Notes: generated by a model from the sequence alone, not told the origin. A stretch of DNA of 64,000 bases from Acidobacteriota bacterium (GCA_963666215.2 CAXWPL010000005.1:352001-416000), one strand, 5' to 3'. Positions 9,815 to 20,092 are shown, numbered from the stretch's first letter. Numbers and translations are program-made.

Positions 9815-9909
9815 GGCCCCGAGACTCGCCGCGCGGGCAGCGCGCGTCAAGCGATCTCGCTGCCGCTGTAGAACGCGAGCGAGGCGATCTCGTCGCCGGG
9901 ACCCCGGTT

Positions 9910-9938
9910 TTGACGCTTTCGTGGCGTGCCCTTACTCT
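9910..9938 (+). promoter_or_regulatory. Putative sigma70 promoter for the cysK/CBS operon
   Basis: TTGACG-17 bp-TACTCT. Confidence 0.55.
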
Positions 9939-10046
9939 GCCCGCCATGCATGATGAGGCCATGACACACGACGACACGCCGCCGGCCTGCGCGCAGCCGG
10001 GAACGCCGACTGAGACGGACGGCCGGATAGCAAATCCGGGGGGCGC

Positions 10047-10982
10047 TTGGTTACATCGCTCGAGGAACTGATCGGCAACACGCCGATGGTTCGGCTACGG
10101 CGAATCGTCGCGCCAGGCGCCGGCGAAGTGTTCGCCAAGTGCGAGTGGCACAACCCGGGTTTCAGCGTCAAGGACCGCACGGCGCTCGGCATGATCGAAG
10201 CAGCCGAAGCCAGCGGGCTGCTCGCGCCCGGTGGCACGATCGTCGAGCCCACCGCCGGCAACACCGGCATCGGCCTGGCTCTCGTGGGTGTGGGACGCGG
10301 CTATCGGGTGATCCTCGTCGTCCCCGACAAGTACAGCCGCGAAAAAATGGTCCTCATGCGAGCGCTGGGCGGCGAGGTGGTGCTGACGGCGGCGGCCGAC
10401 GGCATGGAGCACGCGATCGATCGGGCCTATCAGATCGCGGAATCGATACCGAACGCCCACGTGCCGCAACAGTTCAACAACCCCTCAAACCCTCAGGCTC
10501 ACTACGACACGACCGGCCCGGAGATTTGGCAGCAGATGGAGGGACGCATCGACGCGCTGGTGATCGGCTGCGGGACCGGCGGCACATTCAGCGGCTGCGC
10601 TCGCTACCTCAAGGAGCAGCAATCAAGCTGCCTGATGGTCGCTGTCGAGCCGCAGGGCTCTGTCATCGGTGGCGGCGAGCCAGGCGACCACCGCGTCGAA
10701 GGCATTGGATCGTCGGTGATCCACGCGACGCTCGACATGTCGCTGGTCGACGAGGTCTTCATGGTGCACGATCCGGAGGCCTTCGAGACCACGACACGTT
10801 TGGGTGCCGAAGAAGGAATTCTGGCGGGCTCGTCGGGCGGTGCTGCCGCTTACGCCGCGGTCCGCATCGCCGACCGTCTGGGGCCGGGCTCGCGGGTGGC
10901 GACGCTCATTCCAGACAGCGGCGAGCGTTACCTGAGCCAGGGACTTTACGAGGACCCGATGGCCTCGCAGGAGGGAGCATGA
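10047..10982 (+). CDS. cysK: PLP-dependent cysteine synthase / cystathionine beta-synthase (CysK/MccA-like)
   Basis: IGNTP, KCEWHNPGFSVKDR, EPTAGNTGIGL, QQFNNP, GTGGT and PDSGERYLS motifs. The TAGNTG form next to a gamma-lyase resembles MccA. Confidence 0.9.
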   Translation: MVTSLEELIGNTPMVRLRRIVAPGAGEVFAKCEWHNPGFSVKDRTALGMIEAAEASGLLAPGGTIVEPTAGNTGIGLALVGVGRGYRVILVVPDKYSREKMVLMRALGGEVVLTAAADGMEHAIDRAYQIAESIPNAHVPQQFNNPSNPQAHYDTTGPEIWQQMEGRIDALVIGCGTGGTFSGCARYLKEQQSSCLMVAVEPQGSVIGGGEPGDHRVEGIGSSVIHATLDMSLVDEVFMVHDPEAFETTTRLGAEEGILAGSSGGAAAYAAVRIADRLGPGSRVATLIPDSGERYLSQGLYEDPMASQEGA

Positions 10983-12217
10983 GCGTTTTGAAAACCACCG
11001 AGGAGGAGCCCGCGGAGTCGGCAGTGGAGCCGTCGCCAAACGCCGAGCACAACGAGAGAGAGAGCTCGCACGTCTACCGTGGCTTCGCCAGCCGCGCCAT
11101 TCACGTCGGCCAGGATCCGGACCCTCAAACCGGCGCCGTGATCCCGCCGATTCACGCGACGTCGACCTTTGTTCAGTTCGAGTTCGGCGAGCCGGGCGAG
11201 TACATCTACTCGCGCTCGGCCAATCCAACGCGTACCGCGCTCGAGCGCAATCTCGCCGCGCTCGAGGGCAGCAAGCACGCCATCGCCTTCGGCAGCGGCA
11301 TGGCGGCAACCGACGCCGTGCTCCGCTTCGTGTTGCCGGGACAGCGCGTACTCGCATCATTCGACATGTACGGCGGCACCTACCGGCTCTTCGAGCAAGT
11401 CCTGCGTGATTTCGGGATCGGCTTCGACTACGTCGACACCTCCGATGTGACAACTGTCAAGGCGGCGATGACCAGCGAGACGCGCATGATCTTCGTCGAA
11501 ACGCCCACCAATCCACTCATGACCATTGCCGATCTCGAGGCGATCGCCGGCGTCAGCAAGGCGCGCGGGGCGCGTCTGGTGGTCGACAACACCTTCATGA
11601 GCCCTTATCTGCAGAACCCGCTGGAGTTCGGCGTGGACATCGTCGTTCACTCCACCACCAAGTACATCAACGGGCACTCCGACAGCATCGGCGGCGTGGC
11701 GATGACCAACTCCGACGCCGACGCCGAGAGACTGCTGTTCATTGCCAAGAGCGTCGGCGCAGCGCTGTCGCCCTTCGAGGCGTGGCTCATCCAGCGCGGC
11801 GTCAAGACGCTCGCGGTGCGCATGGATCGTGCCGAGTCGACCGCCGGGCTCGTCGCCGCCATGCTCGATGGACACGACAAAGTCGAACGCGTTTACTACC
11901 CCGGCCTGCCCGACCATCCGCAGCACGACCTCGCTCGGCGCCAGATGCGCGGCTTCGGCAGCATGGTCAGCTTCGACCTGCCCGATCGCGCCGCGGTAAA
12001 AAGCATGCTCGACGCGGTGCAGCTGTGCACTCTGGCCGAGAGCCTTGGCGGCGTCGAGACGCTGATCAGCCACCCGCCCTCGATGACCCACGCATCGATT
12101 CCGTTGGAAGAGCGGCTGGCGCGGGGTGTCAACGACGGGCTGGTGCGCATCTCCGTGGGCATCGAAGAGGCCGAGGACATCCTCGACGATCTGGGGCAAG
12201 CGCTCGACCAGGTCTAG
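10979..12217 (+). CDS. Cystathionine gamma-lyase/synthase (Cys/Met metabolism PLP enzyme, MccB/MetB-like)
   Basis: ATG at 10979 overlaps the upstream stop. YSRSANPT, FGSGMAA, ETPTNP, VDNTF, HSTTKYINGHSD and AESLGGVETL motifs. Confidence 0.93.
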   Translation: MSVLKTTEEEPAESAVEPSPNAEHNERESSHVYRGFASRAIHVGQDPDPQTGAVIPPIHATSTFVQFEFGEPGEYIYSRSANPTRTALERNLAALEGSKHAIAFGSGMAATDAVLRFVLPGQRVLASFDMYGGTYRLFEQVLRDFGIGFDYVDTSDVTTVKAAMTSETRMIFVETPTNPLMTIADLEAIAGVSKARGARLVVDNTFMSPYLQNPLEFGVDIVVHSTTKYINGHSDSIGGVAMTNSDADAERLLFIAKSVGAALSPFEAWLIQRGVKTLAVRMDRAESTAGLVAAMLDGHDKVERVYYPGLPDHPQHDLARRQMRGFGSMVSFDLPDRAAVKSMLDAVQLCTLAESLGGVETLISHPPSMTHASIPLEERLARGVNDGLVRISVGIEEAEDILDDLGQALDQV

Positions 12218-12318
12218 AGGCCCGGCAGACCTTGGTTGAGATGTGCAGCGCTGCCTGATGCGAACGAATCGTCCCCAACGTTGTCCATTCTTGTGCTTGT
12301 TCGCGCTTCCCCGGCCGC

Positions 12319-12347
12319 TTGTCGCCCCTCGGCAGCCTTGTTACCAT
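12319..12347 (+). promoter_or_regulatory. Putative sigma70 promoter upstream of eno
   Basis: TTGTCG-17 bp-TACCAT with an extended -10 TG. Confidence 0.45.
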
Positions 12348-12421
12348 TCGTGATCGCTCGGTAGATCGCGCACAGTGGACGTGCTGCCGGGCTGCCGATG
12401 GGCCAGGAGCTCACGCCGCCG

Positions 12422-13729
12422 ATGCCGAACATTATCCACGTCGCCGCCCGCGAAATCCTCGACTCGCGCGGCAATCCGACCGTGGAGGTGGACATCCTGG
12501 CCGAGGACGGCAGCCTGGGGCGTGCAGCGGTGCCGTCGGGCGCCTCGACCGGCCACGCCGAGGCGGTCGAATTGCGCGACGGCGGCGATCGTTATCGCGG
12601 CAAGGGAGTTGGCCAAGCGGTCGACAACGTCGGCACTGCCGTCGCCGATCTGCTGATCGGTGTGGAGGTCACCGAACAGGTCTGGATCGATCGCGCGCTG
12701 ATCGAGGCCGATGGCACCGACAACAAATCAGCGTTCGGTGCCAACGCCATGCTCGGCGCTTCGTTGGCCGCCGCCAAATGCGCCGCCGACTCCGTGGGTC
12801 TGCCGCTGTATCGCTACGTTGGAGGCATCGACTCCAACGTTCTGCCCGTGCCGCTGCTCAATGTAATCAACGGCGGCGCGCACGCCGACAACGTGCTCGA
12901 TATCCAGGAGTTCATGCTCGTCCCCGCCGGGCTACCCAGCTTCAGCGAGGCGCTGCGGGCCGGCGCGGAGTGCTTCCACGCCCTGCGCGATCTGCTGCGA
13001 GACCGGGGCCTGGCTACGGGTGTCGGCGACGAGGGCGGTTTCGCGCCGCAAGTGTCGACCGCCGCAGAGACGCTCGACCTGCTGATGGCGGCCATCGAGG
13101 CCGCAGGCTACCGACCCGCGGAGGACATCTACGTGGCTCTCGACGTGGCGATGACCGAGCTCAGCACCGACGGTGCGGCACCCTACGCGCTGGCTGCCGA
13201 GGGTCTCGACAGCTGCAACGCCGACGAGCTCATCGAGCTCTACGGAACGCTGTGCGAGCGCTACCCACTCGTCTCGATCGAGGACGGGTTGGGCGACGAG
13301 GACTGGGACGGCTGGACGCGCCTTACCTCCGCTCTCGGGAACCGAACACAGCTAGTCGGTGACGACCTTTTCGTCACCAACGTCACCCGGCTACAGCGCG
13401 GCCTCGACGCCGGCGCCGGCAACGCCCTGCTCGTCAAGCCAAACCAAATCGGCACGCTCACCGAAACCCTCGCTGCCGTGAGGTTGGCCAGCAACCATGG
13501 CTACGCGACCATGATGTCGCACCGCTCCGGCGAGACTAGCGACAGCACCATCGCCGACCTGGCGGTTGCCGCCGGCTGCGGGCAGATCAAGGCGGGGTCC
13601 GCGTCGCGCGGCGAGCGTGTCGCCAAGTACAATCAGTTGTTGCGTATCGAGGAATCGCTCGACGACGCGGCGATGTTCGCCGGTCGCTCCGCCTTCGCGT
13701 CGCTGCGCGGCGGGCGCGACTCTGTGTAA
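12422..13729 (+). CDS. eno: Enolase
   Basis: [46 protein letters not shown] and [13 protein letters not shown] motifs. Confidence 0.98.
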   Translation: MPNIIHVAAREILDSRGNPTVEVDILAEDGSLGRAAVPSGASTGHAEAVELRDGGDRYRGKGVGQAVDNVGTAVADLLIGVEVTEQVWIDRALIEADGTDNKSAFGANAMLGASLAAAKCAADSVGLPLYRYVGGIDSNVLPVPLLNVINGGAHADNVLDIQEFMLVPAGLPSFSEALRAGAECFHALRDLLRDRGLATGVGDEGGFAPQVSTAAETLDLLMAAIEAAGYRPAEDIYVALDVAMTELSTDGAAPYALAAEGLDSCNADELIELYGTLCERYPLVSIEDGLGDEDWDGWTRLTSALGNRTQLVGDDLFVTNVTRLQRGLDAGAGNALLVKPNQIGTLTETLAAVRLASNHGYATMMSHRSGETSDSTIADLAVAAGCGQIKAGSASRGERVAKYNQLLRIEESLDDAAMFAGRSAFASLRGGRDSV

Positions 13730-13750
13730 GGGCATGAGGACGGCATCAGC

Positions 13751-14176
13751 ATGAGCATCCGGATACTCATCCCGCGGTTGCGGCTGCCCACATCCATCGC
13801 GCGCCCGCGCCGCTTCGTGTGGGCGAGCCTGTGCATCGCGCTGTGGGGCACGGCATACACGTTCTTCGGTGCCGGCGGCTATGTGGGCGTGGCCCGAGCA
13901 CGGATCGAGATCGAACAGCTCGAGACGCGTGTGGCGCAGGCAGAGACGGCCAACAGCGCGCTGACTCGAGAGATCCACGACCTACGCCACAATCCCCAGG
14001 TGATCGAGCGCCTGGCGCGTGAAGACCTCTACCTCGTTCGGCCCAACGAACGAGTGTTCCTCTTGCCTCCTATCGAGGACGGCACGCCGAGCTCCCTGAT
14101 CGATCGTTCGGCGACGCCTGAATCGGATGCCTCGTCAGATAGTCGTGGCGGCCAACCCGAGCCGGAACGCCGCTAG
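13751..14176 (+). CDS. ftsB: Septum formation initiator FtsB/DivIC
   Basis: TM helix, coiled coil, IERLAREDL...RPNE motif, conserved position after eno. Confidence 0.88.
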   Translation: MSIRILIPRLRLPTSIARPRRFVWASLCIALWGTAYTFFGAGGYVGVARARIEIEQLETRVAQAETANSALTREIHDLRHNPQVIERLAREDLYLVRPNERVFLLPPIEDGTPSSLIDRSATPESDASSDSRGGQPEPERR

Positions 14177-14317
14177 CGCTGGTGCGGCCGCTTGCGGTGG
14201 TCGAGCCGCTGGCGGTGCCCGCTCTGGCAACTCCGTGACCCTGCCAACTCCCCTTCCTGCGCTAACTCCAGTGGTCCGCTCCATCCCCTCCGCCACTTCC
14301 GCGACCTGGTCAACATC

Positions 14318-15928
14318 ATGGCTCGAATAGGTATTTACGGCTGGGGCGTCGTCGCTCCGCGGTCCCGCAACGTCGAGGCCTTCGAGGCCAACCTGCAGCG
14401 CGCCGACTCGTGGCTCGAACCGTTCAACGGCTTCGGACCCTCCACCTTTCTCGTGGGGCAGCCCGACTTCGACTTCGGTGACTATCGCGATTGGATCAAC
14501 GAGCGCTTCCTGCCGACCAAGTACCCGCAGCTGCAGCAGAAGATGGGGATGCCCACCCAGCACGCTATTGGTGCGTTCATCCAGGCGCTAGGCCAGAACG
14601 AGGGCATCGAGGCCACCTTGCAGGAGCTCGGCAGCCAGACCCAAGTGCTTGTGGGCACCGGACTCGGCGATTTCCCCACGCAGTACGACTGCAGCGTGGT
14701 TCTGTACCGCGCCCAGCGCCGCTGGGACCGCTTTTGGGCCGACCCCGAGCGCAACACCGATCGGCGCCGTTACGAAGAAGCAGGCGCCTCCGAACGAGAG
14801 ACCATGCGCACCGACTGGGAGATCCCGCCCGAACCCTCCAGCGGCGCGCCTGAGGATGTGGAAGTTGCTCATCAGCAGTGGAACGCGTTCTGGATGGCGC
14901 GTAGCGCCGATCTGCTCGACTTTCTCGCTGCGTTCGACAGCATCGAGAACGAGGGCCTGAAAGGCGAGATCGCTGCCGGCAAGCTCGGGCTGCTGCGACG
15001 CAAGCGGACCTCGTTCGATAATCTGGTACGCCAATGGGGCTGCCCCACCCCGCCCTGGGCGGCGGTGCCGGCCCGCTTGCTGTGGAACATCCACAACACG
15101 CCCGCCGCACAGATATCGATGCTCGGGAAGATCACCGGACCGGCCTACGCCCCGGTCGCAGCCTGTTCGACGTTCGGTGTCAGCCTCTACCTCGCCATGC
15201 AGGCGATCAACACGGGCCAGGCCAAGGCCGTCGTGGTGGGCGCTGCCGCCCCGCGGCCGCACGCGACTTCGGTGGGGTGTTTCTATGGCGCTCGCGTTCT
15301 GGCTTCCGCCAGCCGACCCTCGATGCCCTTCACCGACCTCCGCGGCACACACGTCGCCGGCGGATCCTGCATCTGGATAGTCGGCGACCACGACTTCATG
15401 AGTGCGCGCGGCTACAAACCACTCGGCCTGGAGATCCTCGGCGTTGGCGTGACGTCGGACGCCGACCACATCATCACGCCGTCGCAGACGGGCCCGCGCC
15501 AGGCAATTCACGACGCGTTCACGGCGGCCGGCGTTGGCGCCGAGAGCGTCGGCACCTGGGACCTGCATGCCACCGCGACCCCTGGCGACTACCAGGAGGT
15601 GTCCAATCTGAACGGCGTACTTCCCGAGGGTGTGCTCCTGACGGCACGCAAGGGAACGTTCGGGCACGGTATGTCGGTGGGCGGCGGCTGGGAGCTGATG
15701 GCGCAACATATGGGCATCACGAGTGGTCATATCTATCCATCGCCGATCACCGACGACGAACTGCATCCAGATGTACGTCGTTTCGCATTCGACTACGTTG
15801 GGAACATAAAACGCTGTGCTCCGGCGGGCGTCGCTGGTAAACTTTCCATGGGGGTCGGCGGGATTAATGCTTGCGTGATCTCCAGACGCTGGGAGGATGG
15901 TCTGCTGGGCAACTCAGCTGGAGAATGA
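14318..15928 (+). CDS. Stand-alone beta-ketoacyl synthase (FabB/FabF-like) with a large insertion
   Basis: Cys-His-His triad: AACSTFG, DLHATAT, KGTFGHG. C-terminal SMGVGGINA. Confidence 0.85.
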   Translation: MARIGIYGWGVVAPRSRNVEAFEANLQRADSWLEPFNGFGPSTFLVGQPDFDFGDYRDWINERFLPTKYPQLQQKMGMPTQHAIGAFIQALGQNEGIEATLQELGSQTQVLVGTGLGDFPTQYDCSVVLYRAQRRWDRFWADPERNTDRRRYEEAGASERETMRTDWEIPPEPSSGAPEDVEVAHQQWNAFWMARSADLLDFLAAFDSIENEGLKGEIAAGKLGLLRRKRTSFDNLVRQWGCPTPPWAAVPARLLWNIHNTPAAQISMLGKITGPAYAPVAACSTFGVSLYLAMQAINTGQAKAVVVGAAAPRPHATSVGCFYGARVLASASRPSMPFTDLRGTHVAGGSCIWIVGDHDFMSARGYKPLGLEILGVGVTSDADHIITPSQTGPRQAIHDAFTAAGVGAESVGTWDLHATATPGDYQEVSNLNGVLPEGVLLTARKGTFGHGMSVGGGWELMAQHMGITSGHIYPSPITDDELHPDVRRFAFDYVGNIKRCAPAGVAGKLSMGVGGINACVISRRWEDGLLGNSAGE

Positions 15929-15959
15929 GTCGGCTCGGCCACGGTGGAGCGCGACACAC

Positions 15960-16454
15960 ATGGGCAACTCGCGGGGACGAAAGTCTCAAGAAGGCTTTTC
16001 GATCATCGACCTGCTGGTCACGATGTCCATCATGGGCATCCTCGCGAGTGCGGCCGTGCCGCAGCTGCTCATGGCGTTCGACCGCGGCCGCCAGCGGCGC
16101 ACCATGGGCGAGATGCGGAATGTTGCTTCCGCGGTCGAGACCTACCACCTCGACCAGCACACCTATCCGCTCGGTCTCGGCGGACTCACCGCGCTGTTGC
16201 CTGATTACTATCAGGAAGTGCCCATTTCGGGTTGGGGAACGCCGTTCTTCTACATCGAGGGCGGCGGTTGTGTGTACTTACTGATTGATCTCGGCAGCGA
16301 CGGAGCGTTCGGACCCAACCCGAGCCAGGATCCGTGGGGTGAGAACGACTACGAGCCCGACATGTGGCACGTGAACGGCGTCTTCCTGCGGGCTCCGGGC
16401 GAGCCCGACAACATCGAGGAGATCGGGTCGATCGCCGGCAACGCCTGTTCCTGA
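15960..16454 (+). CDS. Type II secretion pseudopilin GspG-like / type IV pilin-like protein
   Basis: Class III signal G|FSIIDLLVTMSIMGILAS, plus YHLD..TYP, WGTPF and GSDG motifs. Confidence 0.8.
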   Translation: MGNSRGRKSQEGFSIIDLLVTMSIMGILASAAVPQLLMAFDRGRQRRTMGEMRNVASAVETYHLDQHTYPLGLGGLTALLPDYYQEVPISGWGTPFFYIEGGGCVYLLIDLGSDGAFGPNPSQDPWGENDYEPDMWHVNGVFLRAPGEPDNIEEIGSIAGNACS

Positions 16455-16562
16455 GTCGTCCGCGGACGGCAACCCGTGAACGACGGATGTCGTGGTAGCC
16501 TGGCCAACGCTTCGAAGGTATCCCCCGGTGGGCGAGACTCGATACGACACGGTCGCATTACG

Positions 16563-16949
16563 ATGACTTCTTGGCCCGTGATCTTCAGCTCCAACTCGCT
16601 TCCGCCACGCCTGCGCACGATGGTGGTCGCGGTAGTCTTCCTGCTGGGGCTAGCCACCGCCTGCACGCAGGACGGTGCCACCCACACCATCCGCATCAGC
16701 GGTACAGAAGGCACGGCGGTCAGCGGCCATTACATCGTGTCCACCGACGAGGTCCGCATCACCGAGCGCCTCGAGGCCAAGGTGCCGCAGACGATCGCCG
16801 TTCCCACTCCGGGCGCGACCGTCTCGTGCTTCCTGCAGAAGCAGAGCGCCTCGGGTGTTGTGCGGGTAGAGATCCTCCGCGACGACGTCATCGTGGCGTT
16901 CGGTGAAACCCGCGACCCGCACGGCATCATTACCGTGGTTACACCCTAG
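16563..16949 (+). CDS. Hypothetical lipoprotein with a small beta-sandwich
   Basis: Hydrophobic stretch ending in lipobox LATAC, followed by a beta-rich domain. Confidence 0.6.
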   Translation: MTSWPVIFSSNSLPPRLRTMVVAVVFLLGLATACTQDGATHTIRISGTEGTAVSGHYIVSTDEVRITERLEAKVPQTIAVPTPGATVSCFLQKQSASGVVRVEILRDDVIVAFGETRDPHGIITVVTP

Positions 16950-16983
16950 CCGCTCCGCCCGATCGCCAGCCGACGCGCCCTAG

Positions 16984-18162
16984 ATGATCGTCTCAGCGCT
17001 CGAGCGTCGCGAAACCGCAACCGAATGGGTGCTCTCGGCCCGAGTAGACTTCGAAGCCGCGCCGCAACAACGGGAGGAAGTGTGGTTTCGCTGGCCGCGC
17101 GAGATCGGCAGCCCGGCCACCGGCGGCGATCCGCTTCTGCCAGCCTTCTTCGCACCCGCGATGGCCCTGCACGAGGACCTCCACATCGACGACGTCGTCT
17201 CGCCCGAGCTTGTCGAGGCGGCCACACAGCGGATTGAGTCCCTGCAGCTGCACGACTTCGAGCGCATGCGAGCTGCTAAGTTGCACTGCCAGCCGCCGCC
17301 AACGGCCGCTGCCGTCTCCGCAACCGACAGGCCGTCGCGTACTGCGTGTTTCTTCTCGGGTGGACTGGACTCCTGGCACTCCGCGGTGCGACGTCGGACC
17401 GAACTGGAGACGCTGCTGTTCATCCAGGGCTTCGAATACCGCCCCGACAACGCCATCCGTTCCCGCGTCGGTCGCGAGCATGTTCGGCGTCGCGCCGAAT
17501 TCCTCGACGTGGAGCTTCTCACCGTCACGACCAATCTGCGGCCGCTGGCGATTCGTGTCACCAAAGACAGGCTCCACGCCGCCGGGCGCCCCTTCGTCGG
17601 CTTCGGTACTCACGTCTACCTTGGCGCCTATCTGGTGGCCATCGCGCTGACCGCGCGGCACCTCTTCAGCAACGTGATCGTGCCGTGCGGAATGAGCGGC
17701 TCCTCTACGGCGCGGGAAGGGTCCAGCCCGGTGATGGAGCCCAACTGGTCGACGAGCGCGATGGCCTTCGAGAGTGACGGATCGTTCACGAACCGTGTTG
17801 AGAAAACGCGTTACCTGGCGGGGGAATGCCCCGAGGCCCTCGATCTCCTGCGCGTCTGTGTAGCGCAGAGAGGCGCCGACCTCAACTGTGGCCGCTGCGG
17901 CAAGTCCGTGCGGATGCTCGCCGAGCTACGCGTGGCCGGCGTTAGCCACCTGAGCTCGGTCTGCGCGCAGCCTCTCGATCTCGCCGACATACGACCGGGA
18001 ATCTGCATCCGCAACGAGCACTGGGCCGTCGTCGGTCGCGCGGCCGCGCAAGAGGGCGATCGCAAGCTGGCCTCGACGATCCGTCGCTTTCTGCGCGGCA
18101 GCCCCGCCTGGCGGCGCCCGCTCGGGCGCCTCAAACGACGTCTCCTGTCCCGCGGGGCGTGA
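16984..18162 (+). CDS. PP-loop (adenine nucleotide alpha hydrolase) family protein
   Basis: FFSGGLDS PP-loop and C-terminal C..NCGRCGKS Cys cluster. Confidence 0.65.
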   Translation: MIVSALERRETATEWVLSARVDFEAAPQQREEVWFRWPREIGSPATGGDPLLPAFFAPAMALHEDLHIDDVVSPELVEAATQRIESLQLHDFERMRAAKLHCQPPPTAAAVSATDRPSRTACFFSGGLDSWHSAVRRRTELETLLFIQGFEYRPDNAIRSRVGREHVRRRAEFLDVELLTVTTNLRPLAIRVTKDRLHAAGRPFVGFGTHVYLGAYLVAIALTARHLFSNVIVPCGMSGSSTAREGSSPVMEPNWSTSAMAFESDGSFTNRVEKTRYLAGECPEALDLLRVCVAQRGADLNCGRCGKSVRMLAELRVAGVSHLSSVCAQPLDLADIRPGICIRNEHWAVVGRAAAQEGDRKLASTIRRFLRGSPAWRRPLGRLKRRLLSRGA

Positions 18163-18216
18163 GGCGGCCAACCTCTTTATCCGGACCAACACCTAGGGCG
18201 CCTCGAGAAGCTGGGC

Positions 18217-19494
18217 ATGGCCAACATCCTGAGAGGCGCGCGCGCCGTTTGGCGGAAGCTGCTGTGCGGGGATGACCTCCCTTCGCCAGACTCGCTGTTC
18301 GTGCCACAAGCCGAGACCTACCACCGTGCGGAAGAGAACCGGTATCGGGTTCTGCGCGCGACCACGCAACCGCCTGACAAGCCGTTCGACGATCTGCGCT
18401 CGGCGCCGCTTCATCTGTACCGGCTGGGGCTGGTGCTCGATGCGTTGGACCTCGGCGTACGGGATGAGGTCCTCGATTTCGGCGCTGGGACGTGCTGGGT
18501 ATCGAGGCTGCTGAATCGAATGGGCCTGAAGACCGTCTCGCTCGATATCTCGCAGTCAGCCGTTGACCTGGGGGCCGACGGATTCCGCGCAGATCCGCGG
18601 GTGAACTGGGACCTGGACCCCGAGTTTCTGACCTACCGCGGCAAGGAGCTCCCCTTCGAGGATGGGCGATTCGAGACTGTCGTTTCGTATGACGCCTTTC
18701 ATCATGTGCCGAACCAGATCGAAATCCTCGAGGAGTTGGGTCGAGTCACCAAGGCCGGTGGGCGCGTGGTGTTTTGCGAGCCCTTGCTGGGGCATTCGAG
18801 TACGACCCACGCCCAGCTGGAAACAGCAACACATGGGGTTCTCGAGCGAGATATCAGTCTCGCGGAGCTCCGAAAGGCTTCTCGTGACGCCGGGTTCACT
18901 CGCCTCGTCGTGAAGCCCTACAGCCAGGATGCTTCCGACGAGCTCGACACCCCATCGGTTTTCCGCAATGCGGCCTTCGGCGCCGAACAGGTCGCCAAGC
19001 GCTACCTCGACAGATACTCGGTGTTCTACCTGGAGCAACGTGGAACGCGCCCATTCGACTCGACCCGACCGAGAGGACTGGCTGCCGAGATCGACGTCCG
19101 GGTAACCGGCTCAACGACGAATGCGCGAACTTTCGAGGGCGCCCCCGGCGAGCCGATCCCACTCCAGATCACCGTCTCGAACATCGGCCAAGCCGTATGG
19201 CTTACCGACCCCGACCGCCGCGGCGGCTTTGTCAGGATCGGTGTGCAACAACTCGATAGCGCCGGGCACCTGATCAACCGCGAGTACGAACGAGTGGATC
19301 TCGGACTGCCCGTCGAACCTCTCGGCAGCCGCACGATCAGATGCGACATACCGGCACCATCGGCGCCTGGCGAGTACGTGCTGCGCTTCGACATGGTCGC
19401 TGAAAACGTAGCTTGGATGGCAGAGCTGGGATCTCGAACCGCTGAGCTCGCATGTACGGTACGTGCCTGCGAGGAAAAAACCTTCAACAAGTAG
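18217..19494 (+). CDS. Class I SAM-dependent methyltransferase with a C-terminal Ig-like domain
   Basis: VLDFGAGTCW, LPFEDGRFE and AFHH motifs. C-terminal V.N.G..W...PGEYVLRFDMV Ig-like signature. Confidence 0.85.
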   Translation: MANILRGARAVWRKLLCGDDLPSPDSLFVPQAETYHRAEENRYRVLRATTQPPDKPFDDLRSAPLHLYRLGLVLDALDLGVRDEVLDFGAGTCWVSRLLNRMGLKTVSLDISQSAVDLGADGFRADPRVNWDLDPEFLTYRGKELPFEDGRFETVVSYDAFHHVPNQIEILEELGRVTKAGGRVVFCEPLLGHSSTTHAQLETATHGVLERDISLAELRKASRDAGFTRLVVKPYSQDASDELDTPSVFRNAAFGAEQVAKRYLDRYSVFYLEQRGTRPFDSTRPRGLAAEIDVRVTGSTTNARTFEGAPGEPIPLQITVSNIGQAVWLTDPDRRGGFVRIGVQQLDSAGHLINREYERVDLGLPVEPLGSRTIRCDIPAPSAPGEYVLRFDMVAENVAWMAELGSRTAELACTVRACEEKTFNK

Positions 19495-19510
19495 CCGCAG
19501 GAGGCACTCA

Positions 19511-20092
19511 ATGCAGGACCTTGGCGAGCTCGTAGAGCGGGTCGAGCGGCTGGAACTGGAGAACAAGCGGCTCAGGATGGTGGGTGGCGCAACTGTGGCC
19601 GTGCTCATGGCTGCCGCCCTGGTGGGTGCGGTGTCGCCGCAGGCGATCCCCGACGTCATGGCGGCGCGAGCGTTTCGAGTGATCGGCAACAACGGTACCG
19701 ACCGCGCCGTGATCGACGCCGACGGCATCAGTTATCACGACGAGAATGGCATCCTGCGCGGCGCGATAAACGCCGACGGCAGCGGCTACTTCGACGAGCT
19801 TGGACGTCCGCGCGCCGGGATGACAGCCACCGGCATCGGCTACACCGACGAGAACGGCGACACTCGCGCCGCGATGATGGACCTGGGCATCCTCTACTTC
19901 GGCGAGAACGGCGTCCTGCGCGCCTGGATGAACGGCCTCGGTGTCGCCTACTACGACGAAAACGTCAACCTCCGAGCCCGGCTCGGCGCCGCCGATCTGG
20001 CGACAGCCTCGACGGGTGTCGAGGCTCGCGTCCCTGCCGTAGTCGCGCTGTACGACGAGCAGGGCAACGTGATCTGGCGAGCACCACGCTAG
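19511..20092 (+). CDS. Membrane-anchored protein with a coiled coil and five 18-aa repeats
   Basis: N-terminal coiled coil, TM helix, then R-x6-G-x2-Y-x-DENG repeats. Confidence 0.7.
   Translation: MQDLGELVERVERLELENKRLRMVGGATVAVLMAAALVGAVSPQAIPDVMAARAFRVIGNNGTDRAVIDADGISYHDENGILRGAINADGSGYFDELGRPRAGMTATGIGYTDENGDTRAAMMDLGILYFGENGVLRAWMNGLGVAYYDENVNLRARLGAADLATASTGVEARVPAVVALYDEQGNVIWRAPR

Noticed and set aside
10139-10978. N-terminal extension of the 692-aa ORF
   Set aside because: Out-of-frame overlap with cysK. The gamma-lyase starts at 10979 after a GGAG RBS.
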